From the NCBI RefSeq assembly GCF_006345805.1, contig NC_043010.1, positions 4,836,001 to 4,900,000 on the forward strand: a stretch of DNA of 64,000 bases. Reading direction: 5' to 3'. The translations under genes were made by a program, and so were the position numbers. Below the pieces are notes generated by a model that ran no database searches, was not told the origin of the DNA, and saw only the letters and a program-made list of their open reading frames with translations. The DNA is from Octopus sinensis (lineage: Eukaryota). The number at the start of each line of letters is the position of its first letter. Position 1 is the stretch's first letter. Below are positions 37,262-50,348 of the stretch, one piece after another.

Positions 37262-38412
37262 TTGCTTGTGTGTGTGTGTCCGAGTATGCATGTGTGTTTG
37301 TTTGTGTGTGTCCGAGTATGCATGTGTGTTTGTGTGTGTGTGTCCGAGTATGCATGTGTGTTTGTGTGTGTGTGTCCGAGTATGCATGTGTGTTTGTTTG
37401 TGTGTGTCCGAGTATGCATGTGTGTTTGTTTGTGTGTGTCCGAGTATGCATGTGTGTTTGTTTGTGTGTGTCCGAGTATGCATGTGTGTTTGTGTGTGTG
37501 TGTCCGAGTATGCATGGTGTTTGTGTGTGTGTGTGTCCGAGTATGCATGTGTGTTTGTTTGTGTGTGTCCGAGTATGCATGTGTGTTTGTGTTGTGTCCG
37601 AGTATGCATGTGTGTTTGTGTGTGTGGTCCGAGTATGCATGTGTGTTTGTTTGTGTGTGTCCGAGTATGCATTGTGTTTGTGTGTGTGTCCGAGTATGCA
37701 TGTGTGTTTGTGTGTGTGTGTCCGAGTATGCATGTGTGTTTGTTTGTGTGTGTCCGAGTATGCATGTGTGTTTGTTTGTGTGTGTCCGAGTATGCATGTG
37801 TGTTTGTTGTGTGTGTGTCCGAGTATGCATGTGTGTTTGTTTGTGTGTGTCCGAGTATGCATGTTGTTTGTGTGTGTGTGTCCGAGTATGCATGTGGTTT
37901 GTGTGTGTGTGTCCGAGAGTATGCATGTGTGTTTGTTTGTGTGTCCGAGTATGCATGGGTTTGTGTGTGTGTCGAGTATGCATGTGTGTTGTGTGTGTGT
38001 GTCGAGTATGCATGTGTTTTGTTTGTGTGTGTCCGAGTATGCATGTGTGTTGTGTGTGTGTGTGTCCGAGTATGCATGTTGTGTTTGTGTGTTGTGTCCG
38101 AGTATGATGTTGTTTGTTTGTGTGTGTCGAGTATGCATGTGTGTTTGTTGTGTGTGTCCGAGTATGCATGTGTGTTTGTTTGTGTGTGTCGAGTATGCAT
38201 GTGTGTTTGTTTGTGTGTTGTCCGAGTATGCATGTGTGTTTGTTGTGTGTGTCCGAGTATGCATGTGTGTTTGTTTGTGTGTGTCCGAGAGTATGCATGT
38301 GTGTTTGTTGTGTGTGTCCGAGTATGCTGTGTGTTTGTGTGTGTGTGTCCGAGTATGCATGTATGTTTGTTTGTGTGTGTCCGAGTATGCATGTGTGTTT
38401 GTGTGTGTGTGT
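37262..38412. repeat. Minisatellite, unit about 30-32 bp (GTGTGTCCGAGTATGCATGTGTGTTTGTTT), more than 30 copies
   Basis: Directly visible; source of the 280-409 aa pseudo-ORFs. Confidence 0.95.
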
Positions 38413-38559
38413 TTTTATGTGTAAACAAACACGGAGTAGCGAATAATATGTTTTACTGAATTTTGAGTGAGTTTATTTGAAAAAGGACATTTGTTTATTA
38501 GTTGTAAGATTATAGCATTCCCTTGGTGATTAGTTTCAAGAATAATAGGACGGGCGTCA

Positions 38560-38681
38560 TCAGTGCCGTCGTCATCATCAATATCATGATTGTGATCATC
38601 ATAGTCAGTAGTAGTAGTAGTAGTAGTAGTAGTAGCAGCAGCAGTAGTAGTAGTATTAGTAGTAGTAGTAGTAGTAGTAGT

Positions 38682-38716
<35 letters not shown>

Positions 38717-38752
38717 TAGTAGTAGCAGCAGCAGCAGTAGTAGTAGTAGTAT

Positions 38753-38796
<44 letters not shown>

Positions 38797-38880
38797 AGGT
38801 AGTTGTGGTGGTGGTGGTGGTAGTGGTGGTGGTGGTTGTGGTGGTGGTGGTTGTGGTGGTGGTAGCAGTAGTAGTGCAAT
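38560..38880. repeat. (TAG)/(CAG)/(GTG) trinucleotide array
   Basis: Directly visible. Confidence 0.95.
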
Positions 38881-40369
38881 GATTATATGTTAATAAAGAA
38901 ACAACAGAGGAAGGAAAAAAGGAAATGAGAGGGAAAAAAACCTGCAGAAAACATGAGAAGAGAAAGAAGAAAAGTAGAAAGACAAAGAGAGAGAGTGAAA
39001 GATAGCTAGATAGAGAGATAGAGAGAGAAAGAGAAAGACAGACAGAGACATAGAGAGACAGAAACAGACAGAGAAAGCGAAACAGACTGAGACAAACAGA
39101 CAAAGACAAACAGAAAGAGAGAGAGAGAGAGAGAGACTGACAGACAGAGATAAACAGAAAAAGAGAAAGAGAGAAGAGAGAGAGACTGACAGACAAACAG
39201 GGTAAGAGAGAAAAAAAATTTGTAAAAAAAAAAAGCATGTGAAGTATTGATTTTAGATTTAGGCACAAGGTCCCTATTTTGGTGTGGGATGGGACGGAGG
39301 TGCAATTCTAAACCTGAGAGAAATTTCCCCAGCAGGGTAAAATTTCAGGATTCCTGTTAGGGGAATTGTTTCCAAGTTGAAAAAATTCGTTATCATTATT
39401 ATTATTATTATTATTATTTGCACGATTGTTTGCTTGTTTTATTTTCCTTAATATTGATTGGAATCCATAATATTATTCTTCTTGTCACGGCAATGTTTGA
39501 GTGTTACCTGGCACCGAATTGAAGGTATTTAACACTCAAACTGAAACATGCTTGAGTGTCATGCTTTCGTGTGACCTTAACCGTGAAATGAAATTGAAGA
39601 TGTAATCAAAATCATTAACACCAAAATGTTTAGAAGATCTTTAAATTTCTGCATTAAAATTAGCAATAAGAACGTTTATAAAATGCAAAATTCCATGGAA
39701 CCTGCAAGTGTTAAATTACCATATTCGATGTGTGTATGATGTGCTTTATTGATGATTAAATGTATAAAAAAAAATTGCCCTGCATCTAATGCAAGCATAT
39801 TACAGATGACAGACCAAATGTCATAGACTAGGGAGTCAGATGAGTATAAGCTCTCTAGACACAATAATTGTTCACCACCATCACCACCACCACCATCATC
39901 CTCATCCTCATCATCATCATCATCCTCATCATTATCATCATTTAACGTCCATTTTCCATGCTAGCATGGGTTGGACAGTTTGACAGGAGCTGGGAAGCTG
40001 AAGAGCTGCTCAGGTCCCCATGTCTGTTTTGGCATGGTTTCCACGGCTGGATGCTCTTCCTAACATCAACTACTTTACAGACTACTGGGTGCTTTTTATG
40101 CAGCACCAGCTTGGGTGCCTTTTATGTGGCACCAGCTTGGGTGCTTTTTATGTGGCACCAGCACCTATGACCCTGCAAGATTAGGAATGGTCAGCAGAAG
40201 AGGGGTGCAGCAGAGTATGCCTGTATGGAAGGACAACAAAGTATTCACTTAGCTTGATGTGTCTTCTGAAGCACAGCAAACCCCTAGAATTCTTGGTCCC
40301 TTCTCATTCCCTCTGTGAAAACAAGCCAAATTATCACAGAATGTTAGCTTACTGGTTGCTGGTTACAGA

Positions 40370-40700
40370 TGGTGCCTAGGTATCTTGTACAAAGAATATG
40401 TGACAAATGATCAAGTGAGGCTATTGGACCACACAATGATCTGCTGCCAATAGTAATTACAAGGAGACTGAAATGGTGTGGCTATGTCACAAAAAAGCCC
40501 TGGCCTAGCAAAGACAATCCTGCAAGGTACAGTGAAAGGTGGCTGAGAGCAAGGCAGGCCAAAGAAAAGATGGTCTTGTAAGCATCAAAAAGTGGATAGG
40601 CCTCAATTTTACTGACTCACAGAAAGCAGTAGAAAACTGAGAGAAGTGGCAAAATCTGGTCGTGGAATCATCAGCCAATGCCCCCAATGACCACACAATC
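40370..40700 (+). mobile_element. RTE/BovB-like LINE 3' relic
   Basis: RCLGILYKEYVTNDQV...RRLKWCGYV...LAKTILQGTVKGG*EQGRPKKRW...W.NLV. Confidence 0.75.
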
Positions 40701-40869
40701 AAGAGACAGGACAGCATAAGATGTTGGCAGATTATACCTCCTTCTCCACCACACATAACCCACCCCTGATATATGTCTTCCATTATTTAATGACTTGTTA
40801 CCTTTTAGAAACAGTTTTGAATTGTCTATTTGAAAAATCCTCATTGAAAGTTGAAAAGAATGTTAAGTT

Positions 40870-41250
40870 TTCATCCATCTGTCAGCTATTTGCAACAAAT
40901 GGATGTCAACAAAACTACAGTGATGGTAAACCATTCTAGTGGTTGGTTGTAGCTACACAAAATATCACATCCAGAAAAACCAGTTTTGTATCCTGTAAGT
41001 CAATTTTCATGACTAAAATTGCGACATTGTAAACCCCTTTGTATCATCAGCACGTACTGTGGGGTTGCAAATATTTCATCCCTTAATCTACACATTTTGT
41101 CTGAGTGTGGCAGTGAGAATCTCTAGAAGGGTTCCATCTGTGGTCTCTTGTCAATTACAGCCAATTTCAGATGGTTTTAGCTGCAATGCCAATCTCTTTG
41201 GTGGCTCGTTTCAGGACTGGGTTCCAAACCAATCTGCTTCAGGAAATAGG
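40870..41250 (-). mobile_element. Highly decayed CR1 3' relic
   Basis: Reverse-complement fragments LVWNPVLKRATKEI and FCVATTNH*NGLPS (cf. VWNP...RATK and FS.RV.N.WN.LP). Confidence 0.45.
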
Positions 41251-41295
41251 GCACTAAATCACTGACAAATTTGTACTGGTATTTTGTATGGAGTC

Positions 41296-41520
41296 AAGCT
41301 GGTAGAAATGTTAGCATGCCAGGTGAAATGCGTAGCCATATTTCGTCTGCCATTACGTTCAGAGTTCAAATTCCGCCGAGGTCGACTTTGCCTTTCATCC
41401 TTTCAGGGTCGATAAATTAAGTACCAGTTATGCACTGGGGTCGATGTAATCGACTTAATTCATTTGTCTGTCCTTGTTTGTCCCCTCTGTGTTTAGCCCC
41501 TTGTGGGTAGTAAAGAAATA
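41296..41520 (+). mobile_element. SINE family B with 18-bp TSD
   Basis: GGTATTTTGTATGG(A/T)GTC at 41278-41295 and 41521-41538. Confidence 0.9.
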
Positions 41521-41969
41521 GGTATTTTGTATGGTGTCACTGACAAACCTCTGTGGTTATTGTTTGATATATTGACAATTCTGTATACAGATATCATTAA
41601 CCTGTCTTCATCGTACCTAGGTATTATCCAACTAGAAAGCAATGGGCTGGACAAAATAGTTAACTGCATCACATGATCGTCGTAAATGAGTATCACCATC
41701 ATACAAGCAGTGTCCTTCATTTCCTGGGGAAGAAAAGATGTACAACATGTACAAGAAAACTGGGTGGTTGTGTTTGTTTGCATGCAGAAATCTAAGGAAA
41801 ACAGATAAAGAATATGGCATTGTGTAGGTCAAGAATTTGGTGGAAGGATGTGGAGGAAAGGAGCCTGGTGTCAGGGTGTGGTTAAGAGTTTCAGTAATGA
41901 ATGGAATTGGTACTATATGGCCTTGAGCATATGAATGGCATCAAGATGCTTTGGACTAAATCATAATAA

Positions 41970-42340
41970 TAACAAGAGCACTCAGAGAGTGCAAACCTCT
42001 ACCAAGGCAACACCAACATCCTCTCAACGATTAGCCATAAATGATTTTTAAAATGAGAATATATGAAATAAACTCGACTGCTCTCACAAACGAGAATACT
42101 AAAAATGAACCCAATTGCTCTCAAAAATTAAGTAAAAAACACTGGTAAAATGATCCTGAATTCTTGTCCGGTACTGGATCGATCCCCAAATCTAATGAGT
42201 TCGTGCCAGTCATGAGGTCAAACATCCCTGAAAGTTTCATCCAAATCCATCCAGAAGTTTTTGAGATATCTTGTCCATGGACAAACAAGCAAACATAACT
42301 GAGAACAATACTTCTACCTTCGCTAAGGTGGAGGTGATAA
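41970..42340 (+). mobile_element. Helentron/DINE-1-like non-autonomous element (inferred)
   Basis: 5' TAACAAGAGCACTCAGAGAGTGCAAACCTCTACCAAGG; 3' short AAAC microsatellite, then hairpin ACTTCTACC-ttcgctaa-GGTGGAGGT. Confidence 0.55.
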
Positions 42341-42352
42341 TGATGGACTCAC

Positions 42353-42395
42353 CTGTTGAAGATGATGTATGAGTCTTCAGACTTTGCTGAACGAC
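42353..42395 (-). CDS. Candidate 43-nt internal exon, unidentified
   Basis: ttcatttgatcag|GTCGTT...CAACAG|gtgagt: consensus donor, unique sequence, two open frames (GRSAKSEDSYIIFN or VVQQSLKTHTSSST). Confidence 0.35.
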
Positions 42396-42779
42396 CTGAT
42401 CAAATGAATTTGTTTATAGTGACTGAATGTATGTTCTGTACATTAACTCAATCTCCCCATCAAAATATTATTACCTGAACAGGTGAATGGTGTACCACAC
42501 GTCAGATGTTGAAGTGACTGCAGAACAATGTGAGATGAAGTATTTTGCTCAAGAACACAACGCACCACCCAGTCTGGGTCATTGAAACCATGATCTCATG
42601 ATTGTGAGCGCATCACCCTAACCCCTAGGCCATTAATGATGATGACAGTGATGATACACAAACACACTCACATACACATACATGCATACACTCATATATA
42701 CATACACACATACACACACACACATAGATAGATAGATAGATAGATAGACAGATAGACATACATAATACATATATATATA

Positions 42780-43001
42780 TATTTCTTTACTGCCCACAAG
42801 GGGCTAAACATAGAGGGGACAAACAAGGGACTAAGTCGATTACATCGACCCCAGTGTGAAACTGGTACTTTATTTATCGACCCCGAAAGGATGAAAGGCA
42901 AAGTCGACCTCGGCGGAATTTGAACTCACAACGTAACGACAGACGAAATACCGCTAAGCATTTCGCCCGGCGCGCTAACGTTTCTGCCAGCTCGCCGCCT
43001 T
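42780..43001 (-). mobile_element. SINE family B with TSD
   Basis: AATACATATATATATA on both sides. Confidence 0.88.
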
Positions 43002-43005
43002 CAAT

Positions 43006-43037
<32 letters not shown>

Positions 43038-43645
43038 AGATAAACACAGACATAAATACACATGTGCACATGCACATGCATCTATACATAGGTTTAATTA
43101 TGATATTCAGTATGATTCTGGAAGATAATTTGGTTAGTGGAAAGGGTTGAGACTCTAATAGATATGTTTTTAATCATGCTATTCCTAACTGAGAGTGGAT
43201 GGTTAGAGGTCCTACGCATATAATGTAAGTTTCCATTAGGCTTACAGCAGGGACAGAGTATTTGTGAACTTCAACCTATATAACTCAATGCCAGTACAAA
43301 CTAGTTGGTCTAAGCACCACTTATGAGGATACTCTTACAAAGAGTTGGAGTAATTTGTTATATCCAACTCAATTAAAAAATTCTGGTACCATACAGTGCT
43401 TCTTAGTGTAACACAAAATATTTTATATATATATATATAACAAATGGCAGAGACAGAAAATGGAACATATGAGAAACTTTTTATAACTCACAAGGATCAT
43501 TTTGACCTTTCCAGCAGTGATCCCACGGGGGCAGAATGTTGTACAATGAATTAATGCAGGATAGGTTGAAACGTTCCTTGTGAGCAATAAAGTTTATTGT
43601 ATATTCCATTTTTCATCTCTAACATTTGTTACACATGTATGTATA

Positions 43646-43711
<66 letters not shown>

Positions 43712-43905
43712 AACTGAACCATAAAAAAAACATCATGCACATATTAAATAGAAACTGATTTGTTAACAGACTGTCATAGCATTGATTGGAAATTGCTAAT
43801 TAAGAAACCGTTTTCTCCTAATGATAAGACGTCATTTCCTGAAACATGTTTGACGTCACATGGTGTCACATGATGACGGAGTGTCCTAGATCCAAAGAGA
43901 TGAAC

Positions 43906-44900
43906 TCAATATCTCATGTAACCCCCGTTAGTGTTGATTACTGCCAGATTCTTCTGTATATCGAATGCACCAAATGACTGATGAAGCTCATGGGGATAGG
44001 GGCCCACCCTCTGTTAAAACATGGAGTGAGTTGTGCTGCAGTTGTCGGCCCTGGACGGATGTCATTTAGCCTTCTTTGGATTTTGTCCCACAAGTTCTTT
44101 GTGTGGTTCAAGTGCAGACTTAGGGCAGGCAATGGCAGTGTATGGATGTTGTGCTGTTGGAGGAAGTTTGCTGTCGACCTGGAAGTGTGGGCACAGACGT
44201 TGTCATGTTGGAACATTCTGATGACAGTCAAAGTATGACATAATGTGAGGCTTCAGCACTTGGTCGATGTAGCAAACAGCAGTTACTCCATTGCCCTGGC
44301 CTGGGCCAATGTTTTGGAAGACCACCAGTCCAAGTTTCTGGCTGAGTGCAATCCTGCCCCCTACTATGATGCTCTGTCCTCTCCATGAGTCTCCCTCCAC
44401 CACACAGTCATCGGCATGACATTCACCCCTTCTTTTCCAAACCCTAGCTCTGTCATCTGTCACAGAAATGCAATATCAACTTCTGTCAGAGAAGACTACA
44501 GTCCTACACTGTTGATATCACCAGTTCTCACATTTTTAAGCTCACTGCAGATGTTCCCATCGATGATAACCTGTGAGGAAGGGGCCCCTAGCCAGACGTC
44601 AACAAGTCAGATTGAAAGATCTCAGCTGGTGGTGAACTGTCTCTGCACAAATGGGTCTGTGGTGAGTCCCTATAGTCTGCCTGGCTTATTCCATTGCCCT
44701 TTGGAATTGATCCCGCAAGTGGTGGCAGTGCAGTTGACAATCTTGACACGCTGTTGTAACCCTTGGTCGGCCACTGCATGGACAATCATCTGTGCTGTTT
44801 GTGGCATTGTATCATTCACTCAGCTGCTCAAATGTCTGAATATTGCACTATGGAGATGTCTGATGGCTTGCTCTCTCTTATTTCATGTCAGTCTTGGCAT
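43906..44900 (-). pseudogene. Tc1 (DD34E-type) transposase pseudogene
   Basis: MPRLT*NKREQAI start; RARVWKRRGE...GQSIIVGG; FQHDNVCAHTSR...LPALSLHLNHTKNLWDKI; ends GGYMRY*. Several frameshifts. Confidence 0.85.
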
Positions 44901-45098
44901 ACTTGCTGCATTTGGGAAATGAATAACAGGTGGGTAAATTTGGGTACCTTTTATACCCAATGCATCAACGTTTTGCACTGCATCATGCTTTTCATAAAGA
45001 TGCATTCACAAGCATTACCATGTTTATGAAAAGTGAGGGAGTTCAAACCCTACATGCAATCCTTGCATTTTCAAAAGAGAGTAGTGTTATGGGTCAGT

Positions 45099-45331
45099 AA
45101 GGCGTCGAGCTGGCAGAAATGTTAGCACGCCGGGCGAAATGCTTAGCAATATTTCGTCTGCCGCTACGTTCTGAGTTCAAATTTCGCCGAGGTCGACTTT
45201 GCCTTTCATCCTTTCAGGGTCGATTAAATAAGTACCAGTTACGCACTGGGGTCGATATAATCGGCTTAATCCGTTTGTCTATCCTTGTTTGTCCCCTCTA
45301 TGTTTAGCCCCTGGTGGGCAATAAAGAAATA
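45099..45331 (+). mobile_element. SINE family B inside Tc1, 16-bp TSD
   Basis: AGTGTT(A/G)TGGGTCAGT at 45083-45098 and 45332-45347. Confidence 0.92.
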
Positions 45332-46331
45332 AGTGTTGTGGGTCAGTGACATCTTCCTGGTGTCAAATTACCTAGAAATGTGATAAAATCCATATAATCT
45401 CAATATTGTGTGGGAAACAAATAATCTTTTACAGTGTGATGATTCTTCTGTGGTTCAGTATATATATATATATATAAATATTTTGTTTCTGTCATTTGTC
45501 AAATACTCAACAAACACTGAGCAATTCTTGAGGTAGAGCAAGTGACAATTGTGTAAATGCCATGGATGATGTCAGGTAATGATAGGCAGTGTACTTGCTT
45601 GACAGGTTAACTGCTAGGTACAAATACTTAATACTTTAATAATTACTAATATATATGTATATACGGACAGAGTCAACGACTATTGAAAAGGTTGCAAGAC
45701 AACAAAAATTTTAGAAGAGTAAAGAAGGAAATGAGTGGAAATTTTACCAGTGAGTGTGTTAAATTATAAGGCACTAAAAGAGAATGACTCTGCCCAGACA
45801 CAGCAGAATATGCTTTAACACACGAACTCACATAAAGAATCTTGCAAACCAAATCCCAAAATGAAATATATATATATACATATTCTTTTGTTCTTGTCCT
45901 TCTTTCAGTCAGTGCTGAAGCACTGCTTTAAAGGGTTTTAGTTGGAGAAATCAACCCCAAGACTTATTCTTTTAGCTTCCGTCTACTAAATCTACTCTCA
46001 TTATAGCCTTAGGCTATAATAGAAGACACTTGCCCAAGATGTCCCACACAGGGACTGAACTCGGAATCACGTGGTTGGGAAGCAAGCTTCTTACCACACA
46101 GTCATATATATATAACTGTGCCTATATATATATATATGATTACAAAATATATAAATCATTTTGAATGGTGGAACTCAAATTAGATAAGGCTATAAATAAT
46201 AGTGTATAAATATCGGATTAACTCTATATTTACATGCTGCTGTTTATAGTTTTATCTACTTTGAATTTCAGTGTTAAAGATTTTCTATTTCGTGTCTCTA
46301 AAAGTTTCTAAATTCTTATGATATGGCCAAT

Positions 46332-46630
46332 ATCATCATCATCATCGTTTAACGTCTGCTTTCCATGCTAGCATGGGTTGGACGATTTTGACTGAGGGCT
46401 GGCAAACCAGATGGCTGCACCGGGCTCCAATCTTGATCTGGCAGAGTTTCTACAGCTGGATGCCCTTCCTAATGCCAACCACTCCGAGAGTGTAGTGGGT
46501 GCTTTTTATGTGCCACGGGCATGGGGGCCAGTCAGGCAGTACTGGCAATGACCTCACTCGAATCTTTTTACACATGCCATCAGCACAGGTGCCAGTAAGG
46601 AGACGCTAGTAATAATCACGCTTGAATGGT
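46332..46630 (-). mobile_element. Family C element
   Basis: (CAT)n-CGTTTAACGTCTGCTTTCCATGCTAGC...GGATGCCCTTCCTAATGCCAACC. Confidence 0.8.
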
Positions 46631-47090
46631 ACCCTTTTTATGTATACATATTATATAATGCTAATACTTCCTATATAGAGGAATATTCCTAAATTCCTAA
46701 CGGAGTGTTGAGGGCATATTGTCCATGACATATGTGCATTGGTCATTTTAAAGCTTATGGAATCTATTAGTCTTCAGGTCTGAATGCAGCCTATTCTTCC
46801 AGAATGTGAAAAAGAGAGAGGGAGAGAGAGAAAGAGAGAGACAGAGACAGACAGACAGACAGGAGAATAATCAAACTGAGTATTGAATTGGTGTTTTAAA
46901 ATGAGAAAGAGAGAGAGGCGGGGAGCGACCGACAAATTGACAGAATTGAACTGGTGCTTTATTTATGGACACTGGATTGATGAAAGGCAAAGTCGACTGA
47001 GGTAGGATTTGAACTCATAATACAAAGGAGTGGAATGAATATTACAAGGCATTCTGTCTTATGCTCTAATGACTCTTGTAAACTGATTGC

Positions 47091-47481
47091 TTACTCTTTT
47101 ACTTGTTTCAGTCATTTGACTGTGGCCATGCTGGAGCACCGCCTTTAGTCGAGCAAATCGACCCCAGGACTTATTCTTTGTAAGCCCAGTACTTATTCTA
47201 TCGGTCTCTTTTTTGCCGAACTGCTAAGTGACGGGGACATGAACACACCAGCATCGGTTGTCAAGCAATGCTAGGGGGACAAACACAGACACACAAACAC
47301 ACACACACATACATATATACGACAGGCTTCTTTCAGTTTCCGTCTACCAAATCCACTCACAAGGCATTGGTCGGTCCAGGGCTATAGCAGAAGACACTTG
47401 CCCAAGATGCCACGCAGTGGGACTGAACCCGGAACCATGTGGTTGGTTAGCAAGCTACTTACCACACAGCCACTCCTGCGC
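47091..47481 (-). mobile_element. SINE family A, full-length, with TSD
   Basis: CTTGTAAACTG at 47075-47085 and 47482-47492. Confidence 0.9.
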
Positions 47482-47530
47482 CTTGTAAACTGTTATTGAT
47501 GACTGGTCATACTTGATATCCTAATTGCTA

Positions 47531-47690
47531 TCATTGATCAGTTGCTTCCACTGATATCATAAACTTAATATCATTGATCAGTCTTCTACACAAACATCAT
47601 TGATCAGTCTCTACTGATATCCTATATTGAGATCATTGATCGATCTCTTCCACTAATATCCTAAACTGATATATAAATTGCCATTTATAA
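47531..47690. repeat. Degenerate minisatellite anchored on ATCATTGATCAGT (4 units, 26-40 bp)
   Basis: Motif recurs at about 47531, 47571, 47597 and 47632. Confidence 0.75.
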
Positions 47691-47879
47691 GTCTCCGTTG
47701 ATATCTAATTAAAAAGAAGGCTATGTCTGCTACTATATATATATATAAATAAACAGCCTTCATGATATAGCCCAGTGGTTCTTAAACTTTTTATCACCAC
47801 AACTTATTTTGCCAAATCAATAAGGCTTGGTGACTTTCTTTGGGTTTCTAAACACAAAATTGTGATGCACTCAGCATTT

Positions 47880-48285
47880 ATTCTTTTACTCTCTTTTACT
47901 TGTTTCAGTCATTTGACTGCAGCCATACTGGAGCACCGCCTTTAATCGAGCAACTCGACCCCGGGACTTATTCTTTTTGTAAGCCCAGTACTTATTCTAT
48001 TGGTCTCTTTTGCCGAACCGTTAAGTAACGGGGACATAAACACACCAGCATCGATTGTCAAGCAATGCTAGGGGGACAAACACACTCACACAAACACACA
48101 CATGCATATATATATATACATATATACAACAGGCTTCTTTCAGTTTCCGTCCACTAAATCCACTCACAAGGCTTTGGTCGGCCCGAGGCTATAGTAGAAG
48201 ACACTTGCCCAAGGTACCACGCAGTGGGACTGAACCCGGAACCATGTGGTTGGTAAACAAGCTACTTACCACACAGCCACTCCTT
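47880..48285 (-). mobile_element. SINE family A, full-length
   Basis: Near-identical to 5697-6104. Confidence 0.9.
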
Positions 48286-49942
48286 TGATACTTTTCTTAG
48301 AGAAATATTCCTCAGTATTTGTCTGCTATGAATGTTATGTTGGAACCCTAAAATCTGAGGCCGATATGTCTTTTTTTTTTTGCTTATCTGTTTCAATCAT
48401 TAGACTGAGGCCATGCTGGGGCACCACCTTGATGCACTTTTAGTTCAAGGAATCAACCTCAGCGTTTATTTTGTTTTGAAGCCTGGCACTTATTCAGTCA
48501 GTTAAGCAAGCCAGCACTGGTTGTCAAGAGTGGTGGGGGACAAACACAGACTCAAAGACGTACACACATGCATGCAGCACACACACACATGCACACACAC
48601 ACACTCACTCACACACATTTATATATTTATACATTACAGGCTTTTTTCAGCTTCTGTCTATCAAATCCACTTACAAGGCTTTGGTCAGCCTGATGCTAGA
48701 GTAAAAGACACTTGTTCAAGGTTCCACACAGTGGGACTGAACCTGGTTTCATGTGGTTGGGAAGCAAGCTTCTTATCACATGGCCATGCCTGAGCCTTGC
48801 GTAAACTTTTTACTAAACTCTCACTTTTAGTTCATTTAATTGTGGAGCTCATAGCCTTGCAATTAGGGTATTGCACTCACAATTTCCATCGACCAAATCC
48901 ACTCACAAGGCTTTTTGTAGCCTGGGGCTATGATAGAAGATACATGACCAAGTTGCCGCACAGTGGGATTGAACCCAAAACTATGTAGTTAGGAAGCAAG
49001 CTTCTTACCACACAGCCATGTCTATGCCTAAATACCCCAGTGCCTTAGAACATGACACATCATCTAAGGTCATTGTTGCTATGACACATCATCTGAGGTC
49101 ATTGTTGCTATGTTTTTACTCAAAAGACTGCTTGATCAAGGTTAACCTGGGGCTAAGCAATGACATTTGCCACAAAAAAAAATAATAACTGCAACAACAA
49201 CAACAACAAAAGCAAGTAAGAAAACAATATCAATTGCAACAGCAATGACAACAACAATTACAAAAACAACAACTTCAACAATTACAATAGTAACAGCATA
49301 CCAACAAGAACAACAACAATAACTACAAAGACAACAACGTAGGCTTGAGGTTTTTGTTCTGGCTGATAGCCATACAATATTCAGGCGCAATAATGGCAAG
49401 TGTGAATCATAGGAACCATGGAAAGTCTTGAAATCTGTTAATAAGAAGAGGTGAGGATGGGATGTGCAGGGTTTACATTCACTCGTGTGAAGATTCACAG
49501 CTCAAACGGACACAAATCCTCATCTGTGTCAGCAGATAGTGAATGGTTATTCATATATTAGGTGACACTTACACTAACACTATTATGTGTGTATAATATG
49601 TGAGTGTGTGTGTGTGTGTGTGTGCGTGTGCGTGTGCATGTGTGTGTGTGTGTGTTGTGTGTGTGTGTGTGTGTGTGCGTGTGTGTGTGGTATAATAACA
49701 ACTAAAATTATTCTGGGTTCAACAAGGGAGTACAACCTCCTAGATATAGCAATCAAATTTTCCTTCAAATTACACTTCTTATTGGTACTCTTGGCCTTGT
49801 GGTTAAGAAGTTTGCTTTGAAATCATGTAGACTTTGGGTTCAATTCTACTTTTGACAAACGTCACCTACAACCTAGTGAGTGAATTATGTAGATAGAAAT
49901 GTGCAGAAGACTGTACAACATATATATATGTATGTGTGTATG

Positions 49943-50003
<61 letters not shown>

Positions 50004-50079
50004 ATATACATATGTGTGTGTGTGTGTGTACATGCAAATGTATACATAAACTTATATATATTTATATATAACGCCCTAA

Positions 50080-50348
50080 TGTGTGAAGGCATGTGGCTAA
50101 GTGGTTAGGGCATTCGGATCACAATTGTAAGATTGTGAGTTCAATTCCTGGTGGTGCATTGTGTCCTTCAGCAAAACACTTTATTTTACATTGCTTCAGT
50201 CCACTCAGCTGTATTTCAAAGGGCCAGCCTTCTCCCAGAGAACTACTGTGGAATGCTCAGCCAGTTGCATGTTAATTTCACGAGCAAGCTGTTCTGTTGA
50301 TTGTATCAGCTGGGACACCTTGTCATCATAACTGACAGAGTGTTCCTT

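Larger units (their letters stand above)
43711..45460 (-). mobile_element. Full-length decayed Tc1 element with TIRs
   Basis: Left ACTGAACCATAAAAAAAACATC versus right (reverse complement) ACTGAACCACAGAAGAATCATC, both in TA context. About 1.5 kb once the SINE at 45099-45331 is removed. Confidence 0.75.

Noticed and set aside
37262-38412. CRISPR-like repeat/spacer appearance
   Set aside because: Spacers are TG microsatellite variants rather than unique sequences; eukaryotic context; no cas genes.
37161-38459. Six ORFs of 280-409 aa (HT/CV-rich)
   Set aside because: Translations of a stop-free minisatellite in several frames on both strands.
40809-40925. Attractive plus-strand 117-nt exon (ETVLNCLFEKSS...), phase-compatible with the 22924 ATG
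   Set aside because: Its 3' half overlaps a decayed CR1 C-terminus on the opposite strand (...WNGLPS-like), so the open frame is probably accidental.
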